Below, one piece after another: positions 1-9,817 of a stretch of DNA of 50,412 nt. This stretch comes from Desulfonatronovibrionaceae bacterium (lineage in GTDB: Bacteria; Desulfobacterota; Desulfovibrionia; Desulfovibrionales; Desulfonatronovibrionaceae). The notes under the pieces are model-generated. The model searched no databases. It was not told where the DNA came from and saw nothing but the letters and a program-made list of their open reading frames with translations. How positions within the stretch are numbered: the stretch's first letter is position 1; each line of letters opens with the position of its first letter. The position numbers were made by a program, and so were the translations under genes. The stretch covers positions 1 to 50,412 of the forward strand of contig JBKHGE010000013.1 in NCBI GenBank assembly GCA_046539845.1. The letters run 5' to 3'.

Positions 1-113
1 TTAGGAAGGCATTTTCGGTGTCAAAAATCACGATATAAGCAATTCTGCCCAGAGCCAAAAAAGATCTGAACCGAAGCCATAGCTGCCGGATCCGTCGAAT
101 TTGTTGAGGGTAT
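1..113 (+). mobile_element. Copy 1 (partial) of a repeated MITE-like element derived from a Y1/RAYT-like transposase
   Basis: Near-identical to 2491-2603 and 5633-5745. Cut by the window on the left; similarity stops after GAGGGTAT on the right. Confidence 0.85.
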
Positions 114-164
114 GAACTCTACGGCCTGACCGAGGAAGAGATAAAGATAGTAGAGAATGGTTAA
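111..164 (+). pseudogene. C-terminal scrap of a type IIG/Eco57I-like restriction-modification enzyme
   Basis: Reads YELYGLTEEEIKIVENG*, matching the typical ...VYELYGLTEEEIKIVE end of fused R-M proteins. Lies directly upstream of rhuM. Confidence 0.65.
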
Positions 165-217
165 TTGTCATCATAAAATCCGTCAAATTAACAATTACCC
201 ATTGATAATTAACAATC

Positions 218-1141
218 ATGAAAAATATCATTATCTACAACACCGTTGACGGCAAGGCCTCTGTTTCTCTGTACGCCAGAGACGGTATGGTCTGGATGAA
301 CCAGAACCAGATCGCCGAACTTTTTGACACCTCGGTGCCGAATATCAGCATGCACATCTCTAACATACTGAAAGAAGAGGAATTAGATGCAAATTCAGTT
401 ATTAAGGATTACTTAACAACTGCCGCTGACGGCAAACAATACAAGGTCACTTTTTACACGCTGGACATGGTTCTGGCCATCGGCTTTCGGGTGCGGAGCA
501 AGCGGGGGACCCAGTTTCGGATCTGGGCCAACCGCAACCTGAAGGGATACATGGTCAAGGGCTTTGTCATGGATGATGAGCGCCTGAAAAATCCCGACGG
601 CCGGCCGGACTATTTTGACGAACTGCTGGAACGTATCCGGGATATCCGGGCTTCCGAGAAGCGCTTTTACCAAAAACTCCGGGATCTCTTTGCGCTCAGC
701 AGCGATTATGACCCCACCGATAAAGCCACGCAGATGTTTTTTGCTGAAACCCAGAGCAAACTGCTCTATGCCGTAACCGGCAAAACAGCCGCGGAGATCC
801 CCGTGTCCAGGGCTGACGCGTCAAAACAAAACATGGCTTTGACCTCGTGGAAGGGGTCGATTGTGCGCAAACAGGATATTTTTATTGCCAAAAATTATCT
901 CAGCAAAGATGAGATAGACACCCTGAACCGTCTGGTGGTCATCTTTCTGGAAACAGCCGAGTTGCGCGCCAAGGAACGTATGGATATTCCCATGTCTTTT
1001 TGGAAAGAAAACGTGGATCGGATTCTGGCATTTCACGATAAAAAGGTGCTTACCGGAAAAGGCACTATCTCCAATGATGAAGCAGAAAAAACCGGTATAA
1101 CAAATGGCTGCACTGGATTTTTACTCCGCTGCGCTCAGTAA
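218..1141 (+). CDS. rhuM: RhuM-family (virulence/DNA-binding) protein, probably 3'-truncated
   Basis: Motifs QIAELFDTSVPNISMHI, IGFRVRSKRGTQFRIWAN and DYFDELLERIRDIRASEKRFYQK. The last ~15 codons are read from the attC site. Confidence 0.85.
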   Translation: MKNIIIYNTVDGKASVSLYARDGMVWMNQNQIAELFDTSVPNISMHISNILKEEELDANSVIKDYLTTAADGKQYKVTFYTLDMVLAIGFRVRSKRGTQFRIWANRNLKGYMVKGFVMDDERLKNPDGRPDYFDELLERIRDIRASEKRFYQKLRDLFALSSDYDPTDKATQMFFAETQSKLLYAVTGKTAAEIPVSRADASKQNMALTSWKGSIVRKQDIFIAKNYLSKDEIDTLNRLVVIFLETAELRAKERMDIPMSFWKENVDRILAFHDKKVLTGKGTISNDEAEKTGITNGCTGFLLRCAQ

Positions 1142-1166
1142 AAACCAGTGAGCTCAATCGTTCGCC
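1095..1166 (+). mobile_element. Integron attC recombination site
   Basis: GTATAAC (R'') ... GCTGCACTGGATTTTTACT-loop-AGTAAAAACCAGTGAGC ... GTTCGCC (R'). The arms pair with two unpaired bases (G in GCT-G-CAC, A in ACTGG-A-TTTTT). 72 bp. Confidence 0.8.
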
Positions 1167-1205
1167 ATATCAAGATGAAGTTAATAAGAAACTACCTTCG
1201 GAGAC

Positions 1206-2345
1206 ATGATGTTTAAAGAACTCGAACTGAGCCCAAGGCAACGTGCGACCGTTGCCGCTGCGATGACGCTGGGAGCAGTGCTGCTACTTTTAACGGTTTT
1301 CAGTGGGTTCGTGTGGGGACTGGCGCGCTTTGTCGGCGCTTTCCAAAATGTATTGCTGCCGCCCGTGGTTGCGGGTATCCTGACGATGCTGTTACGACCT
1401 TATTACAGCTGGCTGGTCAAGGCCTGCCGCGGGTCCAAGGCCGGGGGCCTAGTTTTGTTTTTTCTTTCCGCGCTCATTCCGCTGGGAGTCTTTATCTGGT
1501 TCGCCGGCGTCTTTGCCGCCAATCAATTGTTCCGGCTGTTCGAAGACTTGCCGTCCATGCTCAATGCCATGCTGGAGGCGGGTCGGTCTCTTTGGCCGCA
1601 AGTCACCGCACTGTTGGAGAAGTACGGGTTGATGTCCGAGTTCGGCACCCTGCTGGAGAATCCCGGAGAAATGGTGGCCAAGGTGCTCCGGGCTTCGTGG
1701 GAGCGGATGTCGCAGCCCATTGCTCAGATGTTTCAGTCTGCGGCGGGATTGTTCGCCTGGGCGGTTATTCCGCTCTATCTTGCCTTCTTTCTCATGGCGA
1801 AGCCATTGGAACCCAAGCAGATTGGCGAATTTCTGCCGTTCCTAAAGAAGGAAACCAGAGAAGACGTTATCTATCTGTTCAATCAGTTCATCGGCATCCT
1901 CCTAACGTTCTTCCGCGGCCAGATCATCATCGCCTTGGCACAGGGCCTACTTTTTGCCACAGGGTTTGCCATAGTCGGCGTTCCCTACGGTATTGTTATC
2001 GGCATGATGCTGGGGCTGCTCAACATCATCCCCTACCTGGGAAGCATCGTGGGCCTTGGCGTTGCGCTGCCGCTGGCCTATTTCGGCGATGATGGAGGCG
2101 TCTTGCGGGTGGCGCTGACACTGGGCGTATTCGGTGTGGTGCAGGCAATCGAAGGCTATCTTCTCACTCCGAGAATTATGGGCAATCGCACGGGCCTGCA
2201 TCCAGCCCTCATCATCTTTGCGGTCTTCTTCTGGGGCGTCGCACTCGACGGCATCCTCGGTATGATGCTTGCTATTCCTTTAACTGCCTTTGCCGTTGTG
2301 TTCTGGAGGTTGTTGAAGAAGAAGTATATTAAGGAAGTAGTGTAG
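1206..2345 (+). CDS. AI-2E family transporter (PerM/TqsA-like), in a gene cassette
   Basis: Multi-TM protein with LLNIIPYLGS, VQAIEGYLLTPRIMG and GLHPALIIFAVFFWG...GILGMMLAIPLTA motifs. Confidence 0.9.
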   Translation: MMFKELELSPRQRATVAAAMTLGAVLLLLTVFSGFVWGLARFVGAFQNVLLPPVVAGILTMLLRPYYSWLVKACRGSKAGGLVLFFLSALIPLGVFIWFAGVFAANQLFRLFEDLPSMLNAMLEAGRSLWPQVTALLEKYGLMSEFGTLLENPGEMVAKVLRASWERMSQPIAQMFQSAAGLFAWAVIPLYLAFFLMAKPLEPKQIGEFLPFLKKETREDVIYLFNQFIGILLTFFRGQIIIALAQGLLFATGFAIVGVPYGIVIGMMLGLLNIIPYLGSIVGLGVALPLAYFGDDGGVLRVALTLGVFGVVQAIEGYLLTPRIMGNRTGLHPALIIFAVFFWGVALDGILGMMLAIPLTAFAVVFWRLLKKKYIKEVV

Positions 2346-2384
2346 AGAAGATCTCGAAACGGAGTCAAGCTGGCTATTGTAAAA

Positions 2385-2410
2385 GGCGAACATCACGCTG
2401 GAGGCGATTT
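2385..2410 (+). mobile_element. Truncated attC (left arm only) closing the AI-2E cassette
   Basis: GGCGAAC is the exact reverse complement of the GTTCGCC that opens the cassette (1160-1166). It is followed by ATCACGCTGGAGGCGA (L''-like), then interrupted by the MITE. Confidence 0.65.
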
Positions 2411-2423
2411 GTCGATTGTCGAT

Positions 2424-2807
2424 GGGGTCGGACCCGCACAACTTTCTGGATTGATTGACTAAAGCTGATTTGCAGGCCCCTCAAATTGTCTTAGGAAGGC
2501 ATTTTCGGTGTCAAAAATCACGATATAAGCAATTCTGCCCAGAGCCAAAAAAGATCTGGACCGAAGCTATAGCAGCCGGATGCGTCGAATTTACTGAGGG
2601 TATCAAAGCCAGGCTGGGGATAAAAACCAAGCATCGACGAACCCACAGAAAGGAAAGTGCTCAAAAGGATACTGTGTACGCGTTATAGGAACTGCTTGCT
2701 GCTTACAGCGCTGATTTGGGCGGCGAAATTGAGACTCTAAAGGATGAAAACAAGCTTCTGTGGAATGTATTTAATGATATTTGAGTAACTTATGCAGGTC
2801 CGACCCC
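2424..2807 (+). mobile_element. Copy 2 (complete, 384 bp) of a non-autonomous element with inverted REP-like ends; contains a degenerate 3' end of a Y1/RAYT-like transposase
   Basis: Left end GGGGTCGGACCCGCACAA; right end TTATGCAGGTCCGACCCC (reverse complement GGGGTCGGACCTGCATAA). Internal frame WTEAIAAGCVEFTEGIKARLGIK...YAL*ELLAAYSADLGGEIETLKDENKLLWNVFNDI* resembles the C-terminus of such transposases. No target duplication. Confidence 0.75.
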
Positions 2808-2913
2808 CACAAACATTTGCAGTTGGGTCAGAAAAAGGCTTCAGCCTTGGTCTACGCTTTGCCGAATTTTCTCTGCGCTTGATATTCAAAAACAAGCGCG
2901 GCTGGTTCGCTAA

Positions 2914-5346
<2,433 letters not shown>

Positions 5347-5452
5347 GCTGTTCCTGCAACCTCGATAAATCAATCTCTCAAAACTGATTTTTCAAACTAC
5401 ATTATTAATCACAGAAAAAAACAGCAAAGGCAATAGCCGGATGTCAACACCT

Positions 5453-5487
5453 AAAAAAAGCCCTGCGCCTTTTAAAGGCACGGGGGC
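5453..5487 (-). terminator. Hairpin/putative intrinsic terminator
   Basis: AAAAAAAGCCCTGCGCCTTTTAAAGGCACGGGGC stem-loop, with a T-run on the minus strand. Confidence 0.45.
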
Positions 5488-5565
5488 AAAAATGAAATCA
5501 AGCCGCATAAAGAAGCAGTCTCCGGATTTTAGCCCCAGGACAAGCCCGAGGTTTTTTATTTCGAT

Positions 5566-5831
5566 GGGGTCGGACCCGCACAACTTTCTGGATTGATTGA
5601 CTAAAGCTGATTTGCAGGCCCCTCAAATTGTCTTAGGAAGGCATTTTCGGTGTCAAAAATCACGATATAAGCAATTATGCCCAGAGCCAAAAAAGATCTG
5701 GACCGAAGCCATAGCAGCCGGATGCGTCGAATTTGCTGAGGGTATCAAAGCCAGGCTGGGGATAAAAACCAAGCATCGGCGAACCCACAGAAAGGAAAGT
5801 GCTCAAAAGGATACTGTGTACGCGTTACAGG
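5566..5831 (+). mobile_element. Copy 3 (right-truncated) of the MITE-like element
   Basis: Colinear with 2424-2689 at a constant offset of 3142 with few mismatches. Preceded by TCGAT, as in copy 2. Confidence 0.85.
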
Positions 5832-6085
5832 TAGTCGCTTCACCCCCTATTTCATGCATAACCAGTTCCGAAGATAAGCTGGATGCATTATAACTGCTCA
5901 ATATATCAGATAATGGCCTATAAAATTTAAAAAGGCTATTGAGTCCGGCCTGGTATCTTCTTTTTACCACATCCGTTGGAATATTATGTCCCCCTGCTGA
6001 ACTCGCGATTTCAGGCACGATATAGCTATATCAGCACTGGAGAACCATAAAAAAAATAAAACTATTCGCTAGCCTTTACTTTTCA
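5832..6085 (-). pseudogene. Remnant of a zeta-toxin-like/COG4185-type P-loop ATPase
   Basis: RIVLFFLWFSSADIAISCLKSRVQQG, then a frameshift in a G-run, then GHNIPTDVVKRRYQAGLNSLFKFYRPLSD. No N-terminus; the 3' end abuts MITE copy 3. Confidence 0.7.
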
Positions 6086-6126
6086 TCTGTTTCATACACA
6101 TTTCATATAAACAAATATCTTATAAC

Positions 6127-6157
6127 AAAAAAGGGTTAGGCAAATTTTGCCTAACCC
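6127..6157 (-). terminator. Intrinsic terminator downstream of tRNA-Lys
   Basis: GGGTTAGGCAA-ATT-TTGCCTAACCC stem followed by T6 on the minus strand. Confidence 0.7.
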
Positions 6158-6173
6158 CATAATTTTCTTTGCT

Positions 6174-6249
6174 TGGTGGGCCATGGAGGAATCGAACCTC
6201 CAACCTTCGGATTAAGAGTCCGCTGCTCTGCCAGTTGAGCTAATGGCCC
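6174..6249 (-). tRNA. tRNA-Lys(CTT)
   Basis: GGGCCATTAGCTCAACTGGCAGAGCAGCGGACT-CTT-AATCCGAAGGTTGGAGGTTCGATTCCTCCATGGCCCACCA; cloverleaf with encoded CCA. Confidence 0.97.
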
Positions 6250-6288
6250 GTTTCTGCTACTCAGCTTTCCCTGCGCAACGAGACAAGG

Positions 6289-6317
6289 TATCTAAGCCTA
6301 TCGCTTTTTGGTGTCAA
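6289..6317 (-). promoter_or_regulatory. Putative sigma70 promoter of tRNA-Lys
   Basis: TTGACA-17 bp-TAGATA on the minus strand, ~40 bp upstream of the tRNA. Confidence 0.45.
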
Positions 6318-6344
6318 GGAAAAAATAGACCAGACCGGAATCAA

Positions 6345-8208
6345 ATGCAAAAATCAATCAGTGATTTACCTCCTGCTGCCTGGGCTTTTGCCGCCTTTCT
6401 TGTCCTCTTTTTGGCCCCCGGGCTCTGCTTTGCCGAACTTTTGCGCATTGACATCGAATACGCCCGCCTTCCCGGGCCGGACTAAGGACGTGCTCGGGGT
6501 CGTTTGGGTGCAGCCGGAGGGGGATTGGTATACCTATTCTCGCGATCCTGGTTCGCTGGGCAGGCCCACCCGGCTCAGTGCTGAATGCGCAGGCAATGAA
6601 CTCAAGATATATTACCCTCCGGGTACGGAAAAAGAGACCGAGCTTATCCCCGAGGAAAAGGTTTCTGTCTATCCAGGTAGATTCCCCCTGTTCGTCCGCC
6701 TGCCCGCCGATGCGGACTGCACCAAGGCAAAAGGCACTCTGGAACTCCTGCTCTGCTCGGACAAAAGATGCCGGCCGGTAAAAAGGGATATCGCCTTGGA
6801 TCCGCCTTCGCAGTCCGGACTTAAACCGGCCGAGGGAAAAAGCTGGTGGGGGCTGTGGCAGACCGCCTCCGGGGCAGAAAGCAGGCACCTGGACCGGGAA
6901 GGGGCCGAAAAAATACGCTCCGAGGGAACCGTGGCTTCGGCCGGGGACTACCCGAACTTCGACCCGGTCCCCTTTTCTCCGGGCACTGAAGTCAAAAATC
7001 TGGGCAAGGCGGTCCTTCTGGCCCTTATAGCCGGCCTGCTCCTCAATTTCATGCCCTGTGTTCTACCGATGATAAGCTTAAAACTCCGGGGGATGATGCC
7101 TTCCAGGCACGCAGCCGGGCTCAGGGCCCAAAAAAAAGAATTCCGGCAGCACAATCTGTTCTTTGCCCTGGGCATGCTATTTTATTTCCTTATCCTGGCG
7201 GGGATTGTTTCCTATACAGGAATGGCCTGGGGAAAAATCTTTCAAAATTCCTGGGCGATCGTTATTCTATCCAGCATAGTATTCGCCCTGAGCTTGAGTC
7301 TGTTCGGGATCTTCGATCTGCCCTTGATTGATTTCAAAGTCAGACCAAAGGGGGTAAAGAACCCGGCTTTGTCTGCACTTTTCACCGGCTTTCTGGCCAC
7401 GCTTTTGGCCACACCCTGTAGCGGCCCTTTTCTGGGAGGAGTTTTGGCCTGGGGCATGATTCAGCCGCCGGCAATCATAGCCGCGGTGCTTTTGAGCATC
7501 GGCGCAGGTATGGCCTCCCCTTATCTGGGCATGGCTCTTTTCCCCGGATTGGTCCGCTTTATGCCCCGGCCGGGGAAATGGACCAGGCATCTGGAAAACG
7601 GTCTGGGGTTCGTGCTTCTGGCCACAAGCGTCTATCTTTTGGGGCTGTTGCCGGAAGACCTGATTATTTCCACCCTGGTTCTCTTTTTGAGTATTGGGCT
7701 GGCCGCCTGGATATGGGGAAGTGTCTCCGGTCCAAAAGGCACGCGATTGAAAAAGAGCATGACCGCTGGCTTGGGCGTTCTCATTATAACCATAAGCGCT
7801 TTTACCCTTTTCACCGGATCCGGGCCGGGAGCGAAAAAAGTTTGGCAGGAATTCAATAAAACGGACTTCTTGGCCCAATTGGGCAACAACACCGTGGTGG
7901 TTGATTTTACCGCCGATTGGTGCCCGAACTGCAAATACCTGGAAAGGACCGTTCTGAAAAACAAAAACATAGCCCCGCTTCAAAAAAAGCACGGCATCAA
8001 ATTCTTTAAAGTGGACTTAACCCGCAAGAACCCGGACGGCGAGGCCCTGCTGACGGACATGGACAGCCAAAGCATCCCCCTCCTGGCCATATTCCCAAAG
8101 CAAAACGCGCAAGAAGCAATAATCTTGCGGGACATATTCACGAAGAACGAATTCAAGAACGCTTTGGATTCAGCCCGTGCCAACGAGGGGAATGCGGCTT
8201 TAGATTAG
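6345..8208 (+). CDS. dsbD: DsbD/CcdA-family protein-disulfide reductase (N-terminal domain, TM domain, thioredoxin), apparent frameshift near 6471-6482
   Basis: WYTYSRDPG, CSDKRC, LNFMPCVLP, ATPCSGPF and DFTADWCPNCK motifs. The signal peptide (ATG 6345) is in a different frame from the main ORF (6361-8208). Confidence 0.85.
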
Positions 8209-8220
8209 CCGAAACCCGGA

Positions 8221-8249
8221 TTGACGGTTACTCTATATTTGGCTAACGT
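8221..8249 (+). promoter_or_regulatory. Putative sigma70 promoter of the TA operon
   Basis: TTGACG-17 bp-TAACGT. Confidence 0.45.
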
Positions 8250-8318
8250 TAAGCATAGACTAAACTTGTCCAGTAAATTTTAGCGTAATATTGAGGACTT
8301 AAAACCGTGGAGTAAATT

Positions 8319-8522
8319 ATGACTGACACCCCTGCATCTGAAAAGCCGCAATTCATTATTAACGAAAAAGGGGAAAAAGAGTCGATAATACTGCCAATTG
8401 ACAAGTATTACCAACTGATAGAAGAAATAAAAGACTTGGCTGTCGTTGCTGAGAGACGCTCCGAAGACTTGATTCCCCATACAGATATTGTTGCCGAATT
8501 GAAAAATGAAGGCTACTTATAG
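8319..8522 (+). CDS. Putative type II antitoxin
   Basis: 67 aa, acidic, QFIINEKGEKESIILPIDKY...IEEIKDLAVVAERRSE. GGAG RBS; overlaps the start of a RelE-like frame. Confidence 0.75.
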   Translation: MTDTPASEKPQFIINEKGEKESIILPIDKYYQLIEEIKDLAVVAERRSEDLIPHTDIVAELKNEGYL

Positions 8523-8777
8523 TATCTTCTGGAAAACATCGCAAGAAAAGAACTCAAGCGGATAGATAAATCGGCTATTCCCAAAATTGTCTCGTCGGTT
8601 GAAAAACTTGCCAAAGATCCTTTTCCTGCCAATACAACAAAGTACTCAGGCACCAACCATACTTACAGATTGCGGATTGGAAACTACAGGATAATTTACT
8701 CCATATTCAAAGACATCCTGACCATTGAAATCATCAAAGTCGGTCATAGGAAAAATGCATACAAGGCTTTGAAATAA
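8506..8777 (+). pseudogene. relE: RelE/ParE-family toxin, frameshifted
   Basis: MKATYSIFWKTS, then in the -1 frame ARKELKRIDKSAIPKIVSSVEKLAKDPFP...TYRLRIGNYRIIYSIFKDILTIEIIKVGHRKNAYKALK*. Confidence 0.85.
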
Positions 8778-9736
8778 CTAGGAAACCCCAAGAACAAAAC
8801 AGCCACGCATACTGCGCCTACAAGAAAAAAACCGGAAAAATACATAAGCCGTATGAGTTCCTTTTGTTCCTCTAAGCCGGGACATGCGCCCTGCTGATTG
8901 AAATACGGCTTATCCTTGGTTTTCCCGAAATATTTTGCCGGTCCGCCCAGCCTGACTCCCAGCACATGCGCGGCAGCAGACATACACCAGCCGGCGTTTG
9001 GACTCTCCGCCCGGCGGGCATCTTCGGCTATTTTCCCCCAAACGTCTCCTACGCTTCCAAGAGAAGATTTTTTCCCCGCAGACAATATTTTAGCGCAAAT
9101 TACGAACAAAAAAGCACTGATCCGGGCCGGAGTCCAGGCCAGGACATCGTCCGCCCGGGCCGCGAACTTGCCCAGTCTTTCAAAGCGCTCGTTTCTGTAT
9201 CCCCACATTGAATCCCCGGTGCTGACCGCCTTGTATACCCACAACCCTGCCGGTCCCAGAAGGGCGAGATAAAAAAGCGGGGCGCAAAAGGCGTCATTGA
9301 AATTCTCGGCAAGGGTTTCGGCAAGGGAGGCATTTATCTCCTCCTTATTCATCTGCGATGTATCCCGGCTGACCAGCATGGCCAAAGCCTCTCCGGCTCC
9401 GGAAACATTTCCTTCTTGCAGAAGACGAAGCACTTTTTTCCCTTCCCTTATTAGACCTCCGAGGGCCAACCCGCTGTAGGCCAGATACAGGCCGAAAAAC
9501 CAGCCGATAAAAGGCAGGGAAACAAGATAGGTCACCGCGATCCAGACAAGCAGGCAGAGGAGAATCACTCCGGCCCCTCCGCAAGGCAGCGGGTCCAAAT
9601 TCACCCCCCGACAGCGGCGCTCCCAGAGATCGTAATACCCGCCCAGCCAGCGCACCGGATGCGGCCAACGCCGGGGATCACCCAGAGCCAGATCTGCCAG
9701 GAAGCCAGCAAGGACAAGAAAAATGATATCCGACAT
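8744..9736 (-). CDS. cbiB: Adenosylcobinamide-phosphate synthase CbiB/CobD
   Basis: DLALGDPRRWPHPVRWLG, LVSRDT, ETLAENFND, DSMWGY and SPNAGW motifs. Confidence 0.93.
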   Translation of the reverse strand: MSDIIFLVLAGFLADLALGDPRRWPHPVRWLGGYYDLWERRCRGVNLDPLPCGGAGVILLCLLVWIAVTYLVSLPFIGWFFGLYLAYSGLALGGLIREGKKVLRLLQEGNVSGAGEALAMLVSRDTSQMNKEEINASLAETLAENFNDAFCAPLFYLALLGPAGLWVYKAVSTGDSMWGYRNERFERLGKFAARADDVLAWTPARISAFLFVICAKILSAGKKSSLGSVGDVWGKIAEDARRAESPNAGWCMSAAAHVLGVRLGGPAKYFGKTKDKPYFNQQGACPGLEEQKELIRLMYFSGFFLVGAVCVAVLFLGFPSYFKALYAFFL

Positions 9737-9763
9737 AGCTATAAATCTTCAACCCTGAAGCAC

Positions 9764-9790
9764 AAAAAAGGGGCTGCCCGAGGCAGCCCC
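9764..9790 (-). terminator. Intrinsic terminator of the hydrogenase operon
   Basis: GGGGCTGCCTCGGGCAGCCCC followed by T6 on the minus strand. Confidence 0.75.
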
Positions 9791-9817
9791 GAATTGCTCA
9801 CAATGGGGGCAAAACTC

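Noticed and set aside
2455..2688. 77-aa and 98-aa (5597-5893) ORFs starting MTKADLQAPQ
   Set aside because: They lie inside the MITE copies, start at TTG without an RBS and end differently in each copy; treated as transposase debris.
9737..9817. Cobalamin riboswitch before cbiB
   Set aside because: The gap is only ~80 bp, is mostly a terminator, and has no B12-box.
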